From the human T2T-CHM13v2.0 reference genome, Homo sapiens: 64,000 nucleotides of DNA. The notes under the pieces are model-generated. The model had not been told where the DNA came from, made no database searches, and saw only the letters and a program-made list of their open reading frames with translations. The position numbers and the translations under genes are program-made. Numbering within the stretch: the first letter of the stretch is position 1; each line of letters opens with the position of its first letter. The stretch lies in the NCBI RefSeq assembly GCF_009914755.1, contig NC_060933.1; one strand, given 5' to 3'. Shown piece after piece: positions 14,811-28,009 of the stretch.

Positions 14811-15994
14811 AGTGGGATTAACTACAGTAGCAGCAGTGGAGCTCTGTCTCCTCTTGGGAGGAGCTAGAACCAGCCCTCCCTCCCTTTTCTAATCATTGCA
14901 TTTGGGAAGAATGTGAATTGATTATCTTCCTCTCTAATGTCCTTATAGAAGAAAAAATGAAAATTAAAAGTGAACCCAGGGCCTTGAACTAGCTAAAAAT
15001 CTATGTTTTTGTTTCCATTGGCAATTTTGGGATATGGCTTATAGACCCTTAGACCTCAGTGGGTCCTTAGTAAAACTGAGGATTGCCAATAAATATTGTA
15101 TTGCTTCCAGTATCCCAGTAACAACTCCTCCTCCATCCCCCAATTCCAGGAACATATCTATGTAGAGAGTCTAAGGTGGACCTAAAACTCTACATCACTG
15201 TTACACCCTGGCAGTAAGGGACAGCATTTCTGCTAATTTAGAATTGGGCTAGCTCTCCCTCTTCACTAGCTTTGCATTGCAAAGTTGATCTCTCTAAGCC
15301 TTAGTATTCCTGTAGAATAAGGAGAGTAAGCCCACCTTTACAATGTGTATTATATGTATCAAAATGTAACAGACTTGGCATAGGGAGTGCCGTTTCCCCA
15401 CCTGCTCTTTTCCTATTTTACTTCCAGGGAAATAGATTCTATTTCAGGTTATTTGGGGTCCTAAGACATTTGGAAAGGAATGACTTAGTAAAAACTGGGA
15501 AGAGTTCAAGGTAATATTTCAAACGAGCTGGCTGGCAGTCTTCCTGCAGAGTTAGCTAGGCCTTGCAGCTCCAGTAGCTGCTTCCAACGATGGACATTTA
15601 GCTCCACACAGGTTATCTTTCAGGAGGAAGGGAATTTTTTTTTTTTTAAGTAAACCAGTAGGTATTTTTCTTAACCTGTTAGATTAAGCAGGAAATATTG
15701 TGCACTTAGTTGAGGACCTGTTGGAGGATAGTTGTGTTTTTTGTACTCTTGTTTCCCTATAAGGATCACTTTTAAGATAGGGTATGTTTCACAGTGATCC
15801 ACAAGGTGTTCCTAAGATCTTTGAGAACCTCAAACTCTTGAAAAGCAGTAGGTCAGTAGGTGAAAAGTTTATTACGTTATAGTTGAAAATTATTCTCCAG
15901 GGTACAGTTGTATTTTTCAGAAACTTGTCGCTTCAGTAACAAGGAGCACATTCATTGGAAGAGGCACATTAGGCAAGAGGCAATGTAATAAAAG

Positions 15995-16175
15995 CTGGAG
16001 GTCAGCCAGACCCAGGACTAAATCTTGGCTCAGCCACTTGCTTTCTTTAAAATGTGGAGCAAAATACTTAACTTTTCTGGGCTGCAGTTTGCTTATCGGT
16101 ATAATGGGATACCTGTACTGTAGGATTTTTATATGAGGATTCGTGACAGTGTAAAAGGACCTCACTGAATGTTTG
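15995..16175 (+). mobile_element. MIR SINE
   Basis: Degenerate core aaatcttggctcagccacttg...tacttaacttttctgggctgcagtttgcttatcggtataatgggata. Confidence 0.55.
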
Positions 16176-18605
16176 GCTGCTTTAACAGAGATCAAAGGAA
16201 CAGTGGTTTTTTCAAGGAAAAAAAAAAAAAAGCTTGTTTCTCTCTCATGTAATAGTAACAGTTGACAGCGAAGCCATCTATAGCTAATTTGGTGACTCCA
16301 TGATGTTGTGAATTCGGTTCCTTTTATATCGACGTTCATCATCCTTGCACCATTGTGTCTTGCCCCAGCGTCAGCTGGCAGGAAAGAGAAAGGAATGGGC
16401 AAGTTATTTCCTTTTAAGGTTGCCCTCTTTGCAGTGGCCAGCACTTAGTTACCTGCCCACAGATAGTTGTAAGGGAGATACAGAAATGTAGTCTTAGCTG
16501 AGTGACCATTATGCCCCCCTAAAACTTACACCAGTGTAAGAGAAGGGATACTGGGGGACAACTGCCACTTGCTTCCAGACATAATGCTATGCACAAAATA
16601 AAAATTATGGCTATTGTTACTGCTAATGGTTTATCTTTACATAACAAACTCTAGCTTTGACTATGTAATTAGCACATCTCATGTTTTTCAGTTACATAAG
16701 ATATAAAATAATGCATAGTTCTTGTTATAGAAGTCTCTTCCTTACCATTCGAATGTTGGAGAAGAGTCACCCATCAGGTATTATTTATCATTCATACATT
16801 CATAGGGGATGGAAAAGAACCTACATGAACAGTATGGCCTCTGTGGGCTGTCTATATTTGTGTTTCTTATGACCAGTGGCTTCCTAATTCTCATTTATTA
16901 AACTCATGGTCATTGTTACCTTTAGAGAAATGGCATTCATTTTTAACCTTGTTATTAGCAGACTTGTTTCTAGTCACTGGGTGCCAAGGAGGATGGACAT
17001 TTTCCTCCTTCTACACTCCTGTAATTCCATGACTGTTTTTTTTGGTGGTGGTGGTTGTTTTTTGAGTCGAAACAGAAGCCGAGCTGCTCAGAGGCTGATG
17101 GAGGAGCCCTGCAGGCTAGTCCTCACAGCAATGATGAGGAGCACACCTGGGGGCCTGCACTTGCACATGAACGGAGCTGTTTTTCCCTTGCATCAGTTAT
17201 TTTAAGAAAATATTGGTTTAACAAATGAAATAAAGAAGACGTTATTCTTTTTACAATATTTAACAATAGTTCTCTGATCATTAGAATATTGAGAATATAA
17301 AAGGGAAATTAGGACCTAAAAATGGAAACCTTCCATTTTTATACTTATTTTACCTGGGGAAAAGGGAACTTCCATACCAACCTGAATGCTTTCTGGTGCA
17401 AATTTAATTTTAACTTAAAACTTGGTTTGTATTGCCCTGTTAGCTTTTCTAACACGTAGTACCAAGTAGTGTTTGGGCACTCTCCATTGCATTTATTTGG
17501 TAGAAAATAATAGTCAATTACATAATAGTGATAATATGAGTTTATTTGAATTATAAATCCAACAGGCTAGAAAAGCTAGTCACATCAAACGATACATAAA
17601 CTCCTGTTTTGGACATGCCATAAATTTGGTCCATGTAATTTGATGGAAAACAAACCCCTTCTACTACATTGTGATATATGAGTATATCTCAGATGCTGTT
17701 TACTTGGGCATCTCGGTTAATATGGTACTGAATTACTTGGAGCCACATTTTGCATGTATAGAATAATTGTGAAATGAAAGTTGAAAAATGTGATCAGTCA
17801 CTTTCATATTGTGCCTTCGGGAGGAAATGAAGAAAATACAGTGGTTATATGCACTGGTGGAAGTGTTATCGCCTTACAGTCGTGCCAGGTTAACTTGTCT
17901 TATTGCTTGTTAACTTTGCGAGGAATCAATGGCTTGTGATAACAGGTTTGATATAGGAGAGCATGGTTAAAATTGCAGAGATCCCCTGGCAAGTATGCAG
18001 TGACATCCCTAAGACCATCTTCAGAAAGTGCTTGTGTTAAGTGCCAGCAGCCTGCACAGGGCACGTCTGCTTCCCAGTTGGAGCCATTTTGTCAGTCTTG
18101 GTAATATGTTATGACAGTGCCATATATCGGAAGAATGTCCTAAAATGAATAATAGACATGGATTGGGGCTTCTGGGGATTTGGCCCAGTTTTCTGATTTT
18201 CACATTAGGTTGTGGGCATGGGTAACTTTTCATTTAAAAAATATATATTTTCTCATAATACTGAATGAGCCATCAGAGAGCGTAATTCTGTCCCATATTC
18301 CGTGGTTGACTGATTGGCTTGCTGTACCTGACCATGTATTTTGGTGACAGTTGGCTGCTTGGTGAGATTCATCTGGTGGCATCATGGCCTGTTTGACCTC
18401 AAGAAGTGAAAGATGATTCTCAGGAGGTAGAACTTTTTTCCTGTGGTTTAAATGTGGGTCTCTATCCAAAGGCAGCAATGCCAACCTTTATCTGTATGTC
18501 TCAACAAATTAATGAGTGTTTGAGAACTGACTCATTTATTTGACTTTTAGTTAGGTAGTGATTAGATTATTATTAGTGGAGCTAAGTTTGAAGGTACCTT
18601 GAGTA

Positions 18606-18791
18606 GAGCTGCATTGTCCAATACAGTAGTAGCTATGTAAAGTTGAATAAAATTAAAAGTTCAGTTTCTTAGTTACTCTAGCTACATTTCAAGTGCTCAG
18701 TATCCACTCATATGTGGCTAGTGGCTGTCATATTATTAGCACAGATACAGAACATTTCCAACATTGCCCAAAGTTCTGTTGGACAGCAGTG
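18606..18791. mobile_element. MER3-like hAT-Charlie MITE
   Basis: gctgcattgtccaata...ctacatttcaagtgctcag...gtggctagtggct...agaacatttcc...aaagttctgttggacagc. Confidence 0.7.
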
Positions 18792-19080
18792 AATTTGTAG
18801 AGCTTACCTATCCGTGAAGAATGCCCTGTCCCCATGTAAGTGAGAGTGGAGAAGGCAAGGCCAGGTAGGCAGTCAGTAATGTGCTCCTAAGAGCTTTAAT
18901 CCCATGTTCCACAGCTAAAATTGTTTGGGAAGCCAGGTATACTTATTTACTCTCTCTAAGCTTTGTGGTGCTGAGATAACCTGCAGTTTACCGGGTATTT
19001 GCCAAATTAAACCTGTGTTTGTGTACGTGTATGTATGTGTCTAAGTAATATCTAAAGTAATATCTAATTTCTTGGGTGAC

Positions 19081-19470
19081 TGTGTTGGGCTGTTCTTGCA
19101 TTGCTATAAAGAAATACCTGAGACTGGGTAATTTATAAAGAAAAGGCTTTATTGGCTCATGGTTCTGTAGGCTGCACAAGCATGGCACCAACATTACTTG
19201 GCTTCTGGGGAGGACTCAGGGAGCTTTTTTTACTCATGATGGAAGGCGAAGTGGTGAAAGCAGAAAAGGAGAGAGAGATTGAGGGGGAGGTGTCATACAC
19301 TTTTTAAGGGCCAGATATTGTGAGAACTCACTCTCTGTTGCGAAGACAACATCAGGCCATGAAGGATTCACCCCCATGACCCAGACACCTCCCACCAGGC
19401 CCCACCTCCAGCATTGGGAATTACAATTCAATGTGAGATTGGAGTTGGGACAAATATGCAAACTGTATCA
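19081..19470 (-). mobile_element. MST (MSTA/MSTB-like) MaLR solo LTR
   Basis: tgtgttgggctgttcttgcattgctataaagaaatacctgagactgggtaatttataaag...cacctcccaccaggccccacctcca...caaactgtatca. Confidence 0.85.
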
Positions 19471-19669
19471 GATTAATGTTTCTTTGAATACTGTATAGGA
19501 AAGGCTGATTTGGGGAGATTGGGTTAAATTTAAGTTGATTTGTACTAGCAAATTTAATAGAGTTGCTGAAAAAGGCTTTTAGTGGGATTTTTTATCCTGA
19601 CTTAGCAGACATGGAGCGACACTTTCACTTGAATTTGATCTGCTTGGCCATACCTGGAGTAATGTGCAC

Positions 19670-20010
19670 TACAAGGAGACTAGCCAGAAGGATGGATGAG
19701 TGGGCTAGAGCCCATGACACAGAGAAATTGTTGAGTGACCTTAGGATGGTTAACCTAGAAGAGATAAAATTGAGAACATGCATTATGCATTGTCATATAC
19801 TTGGAGTGTCAGTCAATGGAGGAGAATTTAAAGACAAAACTGGGTCCAGTGGGGAAGAATTAATGGCAGGGTAGATTTCAACTTAGTATTAGGGCTCATT
19901 ATCCCAAAATGGAAAAAGCTTGTCCATGAGGTAGTGAATTGCCTTTCACAGGAGGTGATCAAGGAGAGACTGGTTAGGGTGTGACAGAGGAGATTGATTC
20001 ATTGGATAGA
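19670..20010 (+). mobile_element. Ancient L3/CR1 or MIR3-like fragment
   Basis: gaggtagtgaattgcctttcacaggaggtgatcaaggagagactgg resembles the CR1/MIR3 3' end; highly diverged. Confidence 0.4.
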
Positions 20011-20379
20011 GTAGTGGCCTTTGGGCTGTGGTTGGTACTGTAGTTCCGCCATCCCAATCTGCTCAGCCCCGGCAGTGTTTAGAAATTTGCGTGCTTTTGG
20101 TGATAGGGAGAGTCTTTTGTTGATTGGTTGGTTGGTTGATTGTTAATAGTGCCTGGGGTACTCTGGCATCTGGGTCTCATGGTCTCTAAAGGCCTTTTCC
20201 AGTTCTGAATTTCTATGAGTGGCTTCTTAAGTACATGTGGCTAATGGCTTCTATTAGCCAAAAGGGCATTTGGTCCAAGTTCGGGCCTAAGTATCTTTCA
20301 CCCTAGAATATTGCAGCCCTCTAACTGTTTACCCTTCAATCTGGTTTACCTCTCTGCCATCCACCTTCTTTACTTTTCC

Positions 20380-21140
20380 CAGATCCATCTTACTCAAATG
20401 CAGAACTGATAGCACATAGCTGCTTAAAATTTTTTAATAACATCTCATTTCCTACCAGGATAAAGTCCAACTTTTTTGCATGTCATGCAAAGCCCTTTGC
20501 TGTTTGGCCTCCTCCTGTCTTGCCAGAATTCATTTCCCACTAATACTTGGTTCTTTAAAGCATTTCCATGCTACACTCATGTCTTCATCCATTTTCCTTT
20601 ATTTTTCTTTGTGTGCACACCCTTTCCACTTTAAAGTGTTCTTGCTTATGTGTCTTATCATACCCAAGAAGGCCCTATGAAATTCTACTCTGCTTGTCTG
20701 CAGCTGTGTCCCCTACCTGCTCTCCCTCTTCCAGCCACACAGACATTCTTGCTCTTCCTATAAGGCCCCTACCCAGTTCTCTTCCCTTTGCCTGGAATTC
20801 TTTTATCCTCATTCTTCATCTACAGAATTCCTGGAAATCCTTCAGGTCTCAGTTGTCAGGTCAGCTTCCTAAGGGAATCTTCCCCTAGCCCCAATATTAG
20901 ATTAAGATATTTCCCTGATAAATGATTGGGTAGCATCCTGTAATTTTTCTTATGGAAATTATCCTCCAGTTGTAATTATAGAGCCTTTTGAGCATTAATT
21001 CACTGACTGTTTTCCTTGATAGAGTTTAAATTCTATGAGATCAAAGACTATGGTTCTTGTTCCTTACTCTAACCTTAGTATCTCCCTACCACAGTGCCTG
21101 GTGCCATAGTAGGTGCTTAATAAATATTTGAATGAATGGA
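20380..21140 (+). mobile_element. L2 3' fragment
   Basis: Ends cacagtgcctggtgccatagtaggtgcttaataaatatttgaatgaatg, the canonical L2 3' end. Confidence 0.75.
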
Positions 21141-23334
21141 TGAAAAAAACAAAGCCTTCCCAGATGCCGCGGGAAGTGCGCTGGCCATTTCCTCCTAAAA
21201 CTTCTTTCTGTTTTATATCCTGTATTCCTCTAAGATGTGCTCTGTGTATGAGTTCATCACGTGAGAAGCAGGGCCATTGGTCTTACTTTCACCTCTCCAC
21301 ATGTTGGAGACTTTAATTAATATTGTTCATTATGAGAATCCTAGTTTATTTTGTTTCATTTTATATCTATCTCTACCCTTATACTCTTTTACTACCCCAG
21401 TTAATATGGGGAGTACTTTTTAAATGTTTTTTTAAAATTTTAATTTATAAAATTTTGAAGCATACTTTAGAGAGAGAATATACTGAACCTACAGGTACCC
21501 ATACTAAACATCGGCAGTAATCAGCATTTTGTCTTTTTGTCTCATTTATTCCTTAGGGGAGTTCTTTTGTTTTTGTTTTATTATTATTTTTTTTTAATTC
21601 TGAGGTGTACTATAGCTTTTTATTACGGTTTTTTATTAGAAGTACTGCATCTGTTGCTGTGCCCTAAAACATTGGCATGACAGGTATTCTCATCATAATA
21701 CCTTCTGAGAAATATATATTAAACACCTACTATACACATATTACTGGTTTGTTAAGGTCTGCTTTTTAGCAGGCTTTTTTGGACTTATGAGCTGGTATTA
21801 TTTTAGTTTCTTATAGAAAAAATATATTAGTACTTTGTCTGAACAAATGCCAGAAATAATTTTATGATGATGGAAGTAAGGCAAGTGATTTAATGTACAG
21901 AATTTCATTTTACTGGCCCTTTCCCCTGCAACCATGTTTGTATTGCTTAAATCACTTTTTTAAAAAAATTATTTTTACTGAGGTATAATTTACACACCAT
22001 AAAATTCCCTAATTTTAAGTGTATGGTTCAATACTTTTCAGTAACTTTACAGAGTCGTATAACCATCACCACAATCTAAGGGTTTTTTTTTTTTTTTTTT
22101 TAGAATTTTTTTAAAATTGTAAAGTACAGCATTTTAAAGAATAAATAATTGGGCATTTGTTTTGTCTCTTCAAAATCCCAGTTAGAGGTCCCCTCTCTTA
22201 CCCTTGGCTTACTAATATATTCTTAGTGGCATTTCATTTGGTGGTACTGGTGGCGCATTCAAACAGGACACTTGTATCTGAGTGAGCAGCTGGAGCAGTA
22301 AGAATGACAACACTTGGTCTCTGCAGATTGGCTGGACCCACCACTCTGGTGCTAGTGCTGGCTTGGTGGCTGAGGGAACAAGCAGGAAGTAGAAGAGGAA
22401 ATGAGATGTGGGTGGAGTGGGAAGAGAGGACAGATTGGGGAGGGGAGGGAAAGTGGAAGACAAGGCAGACATAATGGGAAAGCCCTCATAGTTCTAAGAA
22501 GATGTGAAAAACTTGCTGTTTTTTTCTGAGTGAGAGCTTACTTGTTAAAACCCGAAAATGGAAAAAAAAAAAAAAAAGCCTCCTGGGTCAGTTTATGGGA
22601 GTACTTTGGGCTTCCTTGCATGTTCATTTTTCTCTTTTGTGTGTAATCTTTTGACCCTTCTTCCTGTTTGGGTTTTAATTTTCTCACCTTCCCTGGTGGG
22701 TGCTTCCTCAGGCTGTGGCGTAATGTTACATGGTGTGGCTGAGTGAGCTAATATATTAGGGTGTTTCTGGTGCTTTCAGAGCACACAGGGGAGGAGGCAT
22801 TGTTTGCCTTAGGGAGCTTCTATTCAAAAGGTCCTTAAACAGTGAATGATTCATGGGTTGTAAGCAGAAATAGGGAAGTAGAATTCTGAACTGCAGGTAA
22901 AGTTCAGATATCAGCCCACAGCCATTGCCATCAAAAAGAAGAAGCTGAATCATGACTTCCATTGTCATTTTAGCTTTATAGCAGGAGTTTCTTTAGGCTG
23001 TCAGAGTTATGGCTCACTGGTGTGCGTTTCCGGTTTTCTGAAAAAATGCACTTGATTTTAATGCCAGTGCGGAAAGATATCCCCTGCTGCCTAAGGCATC
23101 TTTGCCCATTTTAGCAATTGGAATCTAGTTCATGAAGTAAGTGTTGAACAGTCTTCATGCTAGAATGGCACTAAGTAGATGTATTTTCCATATCTCCGTC
23201 TCATGGAAACTATTCTTTGAATACTTGCAGATAATATTTCAACAATAGGGAGAATTGGTAGAGTAAGAGCTTTAAAACTTTTGTTGAATGAATGAATGCG
23301 TGAGTAGAATGAATGATACCTGTGTTGGATGTGA

Positions 23335-23702
<368 letters not shown>

Positions 23703-23721
23703 TTAAATCTATTTCTTTTAA

Positions 23722-23892
23722 GATTTAAAAGAAATACCTGAAGTTCTTAAACTTGAGTTCTATGTTTTTGATCGCTTTTAAATATGCAGCCCTTCATGAT
23801 AGGAGTTAAAACACGAACAATTTGCACATTTCCAGAAGAAACATGTTTGTTGTATTCTGTATGTCCTTCCGGTGTCTACACTAACTGATATC
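23722..23892 (+). repeat. Copy 1 of a local ~170-bp direct duplication
   Basis: Aligns to 25155-25322; the first 52 bp are identical. Confidence 0.92.
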
Positions 23893-25154
23893 ATTGTTGA
23901 GTATAGGAAAGTAAAAGGTGGAAAATCCCATAAACATTTCTATCCTACTTTTTTTTTTGTTTTCCAAGTACTGCCATTTCTCACCATCTAGAGAATCAAA
24001 TTGTCTTCAATGTGAACATGAGCTCTGTGTTTGGCACATAGTAAGTGCTCAACATACATACATGGTCAGGTTGGCTTTAGGGGAACCTGAAATGACAATT
24101 GCTGGCCATTTTATTGACTGTGCCCTTCTATTCCTTCTAATATTTTCAAAATCCCTTAAGACTTTTACTTGCTTCAGAGAAAGAAATTTTTTTCTTCCAT
24201 GTTAGCAAATATTATAAGGAATAAAAGAATGGAATGGACATATCTATAAATAGACTTTTATATTTATATAAAATAAATAAATATATATTTATATATATTT
24301 TGGGATTGCTTCTTAAGCTCCTGCTTTGAAAATGGAATGCATACAATTTAAAAACATTAAAAAGTATATAGTTTAATAATCAGAGTCTATTAAAAGCTTA
24401 AGATTCTATGGTCTATTATTTGACATTTTTCTTCCCATTAGTCATAGACACAAAATACACATTTCTATTAGGAAACCAAGAGTGAAAACATCACATTGTA
24501 AATAATTAAAGTCGTTTCCTTTTCCACCTGGCCTCCCCACTCCCCTTACACAGCTCAGAGGTGGAAATAATGGTCACCCTAGTTAATCTCAGTAACTATA
24601 TTTGAGGATTTTGGAATGGGGGCCAGGTGGTTCACGGAGAATTCCACATTGAACTGATAGCTCTTTGTATTATTAAGCAGTGTGGTAGTTGAGCTTCATA
24701 CTCATCTCAAATAAGTGAAGAAAGTTAGCTAAATTTCTCAACTGAGATTAACCAAAATAAGACTCTTCAGATGTACAGAGGAGTACTTGTTTCACGGCGC
24801 AGTTCCTTTGGTTCTTCATTCACTAAACCAAGTTGAAAGAAACCCAGTAAGACTGATTTTAAACCAAAATTGACTGTAGATACTAGAGTGGTCAAATGTT
24901 TTAATGGGAAATAATATTTAGATAATATTTGGAGGGGGTAATTCTTGTAAGCACTTCTGTGTCTAGATATATATGAGTGCCCCTATACAGAGACTTCCAT
25001 GCTACTTTTTCTGTACAAAAATTACTAACATCAGTTCTTACTTATTCTCACTGGAACTGAGTTGTGGATGGAGGGATTTTCCTGTACTGTCCGTCCTAGT
25101 TTTTCTAAGAAAAAAAATTATCGTACACTTTTGTGGGCTTTAGTTTTTCTGTTG

Positions 25155-25322
25155 GATTTAAAAGAAATACCTGAAGTTCTTAAACTTGAGTTCTATGTTT
25201 TTGATCTCTTTTTAATCCCTATCTCATGATAGGGGTTAAAACACCAACAATTTGCACATTTCCAGAAGAAATATGTATGTTGCATTATGTATGTCCTTCC
25301 GGTGTCTTCGCTAACCGTTATC
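25155..25322 (+). repeat. Copy 2 of a local ~170-bp direct duplication
   Basis: Aligns to 23722-23892. Confidence 0.92.
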
Positions 25323-25757
25323 GGGAGAAAATTTAAAAATAATTACTTCCAGGAAACAATTTTTAAAAATTTTAATGTAGATAGCAAAGAGAAAAGGTAG
25401 TGAGTACAAAGAAAGCAAGTGGGATGGGTTCTGTTTTGTTTGTTAGTACTAATAGCAGATGGGTGGTCCAAGTGTACCATAACTTTTAAGTGAAATTTAA
25501 GCTGTTGTAAAGGAGCATTCTTCATGGGGTCACAGAGATGGTACCTGCAGTTGGATGCCCAGTGACTCCTCAACTTTGTGGACCCAGATGTACCCTAGAC
25601 ATCTAGTCATCCATCACCTCAGGCTTGTATTGGAAACCTGGAGATCCCCCAAATGCTGTTTTGCATGTAACTGAAGTTAGAGGACATGTTAGGAAAAGCT
25701 GTTCTTGACTGAGTAGAAAACAAATAATTGTATTCTGTTTCTGATCTTCATTTATAG

Positions 25758-25832
25758 CACCAGCAACAAGTGGTGCAGGCTGTGGAACGGGCCAAGCAGG
25801 TGACCATGGCAGAACTGAACGCCATCATTGGG
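25758..25832 (+). CDS. TLE4: TLE4 coding exon (75 nt, phase 0/0), end of Q domain: HQQQVVQAVERAKQVTMAELNAIIG
   Basis: Acceptor tttatag (AG 25756-25757); donor GGG|gtacgt at 25833; continues the previous exon in frame. Confidence 0.97.
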
Positions 25833-27256
25833 GTACGTGGCCTTTCCATTTTAGCTCTGATCTTAGTGTTTGTCATCAGCTCTCTCGCTCTCTCTTTTTA
25901 CATTTTGTTCCGCCAAAGGGGCAAAAAGCAATAGATGACTACAAAATGAAATTAAGCACTTTGCCTTCAATCTCCTGTGAAATTTGATGGCTGCCTTAGA
26001 AACTTTGGATCACATTCTCACCAATTTAAGTGGATGTGTTCATGAAAACTCTCCTCTAAGGAGACTGGATAGCTCTTTTTCATATTTCTTTGCTTTGCAA
26101 TCAGCTTGTGTTGCTAACCTAGGCCAAAAAAAAAAAAGAGATATAGATTGCCCTGACGTTAAAATGACCTGGTTTCTTTTTTCTTTCCTTGAATAATCAT
26201 GTAGAGTATCTTACTATCATTTTTAATGAGGTGTACATTTTCACATCTCCCGTTCTACTTATTCTTCCTTCCCCTGTCATGAGTGGCTCTTATGGGTTAG
26301 TGTCCATTTGAAATAGAAATAATAGATGAACTACACTTTATTTTTAAAAAAATCAGTGGCCCATTTAGAAAATCCTTCCTGGCAATAGTGGCATTAATGT
26401 TGCATAGAAATTGTGCTGGAATTCATGGATTTGGGCAGTCACTTCAACTCTGCTTATATATGTATGTTTTTTTTTTCTCAGATTAATGTAACAGGCAATA
26501 AAATAATGTGCTGAAACTTAGAAATAACAATAAAGGCAAGAAATCACAGCTGTAAAGAGCATAATATTCACCTCTCTATTTATGCAGATTGTACAAGCAG
26601 TTCCTTGGGTTATTCTAATGAAGACACTACAACTGCACTTTCCTCTTTCTGTCCCCTCCCAAATACTTTCTTTTGTGTATAGATTATACACAAAAGTCTT
26701 TTTTTTTTCTGTCAGTGTATCAAACACACTTTGAAATGCTAATTATTTCGTTTACTTTCATTAAAATTCAAATTGCTGAGTGAAGATGTGGATAAGGGTC
26801 GCCTGATAATCAATCTGAAGTGAAGATATTGCTTCAATTATTCCTCTGTCTTTTAACAAGGAAATCAGAACTCTGGGATCACTGCTGATGTTGAGGGCGC
26901 CATAGTCTGATTGTAGCTTGTTTTTTAATGGGGTATTTGGAGCTCTATTTTATGTCCCTCTGACCAAAAAAAAAACCAAAAAAACAAAAAAAACCTGGTA
27001 GGAAATTAGCAGATGTAATGAATGGAAAAGAGTGACCTTTATTTCCTCCAGAGTGCCCCTTGGAAACAAGAGGCTGAATCAGAAGAAGCCATGTAGAATC
27101 ATGAATAATGTTTGTCATACATTTTGTGTGATGGGCAGGGGAAGGGACGGATAGTAGAGACGAATACATTTCGCAATTGGTTTTCGTTTCCAAAAACTCC
27201 AGGAAACAGCAGTATATTAAATTTTTAAAAGTTGAGAAAGGTTTAATTTTAAAGTT

Positions 27257-27258
<2 letters not shown>

Positions 27259-27292
<34 letters not shown>
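27259..27292. repeat. (GT)17 microsatellite
   Basis: Direct reading. Confidence 0.92.
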
Positions 27293-27298
<6 letters not shown>

Positions 27299-27983
27299 AT
27301 AAACCAGCTGTGCTCCATTGACGTGTGTGCACAAGTGCAGGTGTTGTATTCACTGTGGATATTTTTGTTACCAAATCTTCCAGGGGTCAGAAGGGATAGA
27401 ACCTACATTTCTCTACTGTCTCTACTGTTTACCATGGAGAGAATGTGCAGAGTGATCCCTGATAGGAGAGGTTGCTGGGTCATTTTTAGCTTAGCGTTTA
27501 CTGTTTGTATGAATGGCTGAAATACAGATAGCCCTCCTGCCTTATGTGTGATTGGCAGCCTTTTCTAGGAAAACAGAATGGATTATTATTATTTTTTTTT
27601 CCTTTTTTTGAGTCTTTTAATGACTGTACAGTGGAGAGATTAAGCTAAATAAAAAACACTTTGTTTATGTGTTGGATGTTGCTTAATATGAGGGAAGATA
27701 TAAAATCAGAACAAGTTCCCTTCACTTCACATCAAGAATATTTTTAATATTGTTTTATATTTATTCATTTTTATATACTTTATTTGGAATGGAATGGCCG
27801 ATTGCCTTTTCTTGGGGAAATGAGGATTTATTAGACTGCAGCCAAGTTACTGACATATTGTGTTTATATGTATTTAATTATTAAAATAAAGCTAACTTAA
27901 TTTTGTGACCTAAAAACTTAAAGAACTAACTCAGCAGTACATTCTGTCAAAGCAGCGTTACGTGCTATCAACGCGGCATATAC

Positions 27984-28009
27984 TTGGATATAGTTGGATA
28001 TAGTTGGAT
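27984..28009. repeat. Short 10-bp tandem repeat (TTGGATATAG) x ~2.6
   Basis: ttggatatagttggatatagttggat. Confidence 0.85.

Noticed and set aside
15917-16444. 175-aa minus-strand ORF, the longest non-L1 ORF
   Set aside because: It has a non-ATG start, overlaps a MIR and a poly-A run (FFFF), and shows no recognisable domain.
23790-23890. Duplicated unit as an intronic C/D-box snoRNA pair
   Set aside because: The C-box-like ATGATAG is imperfect, the CTGA D box is absent from copy 2 (ctaaccgtta), and there is no terminal stem.
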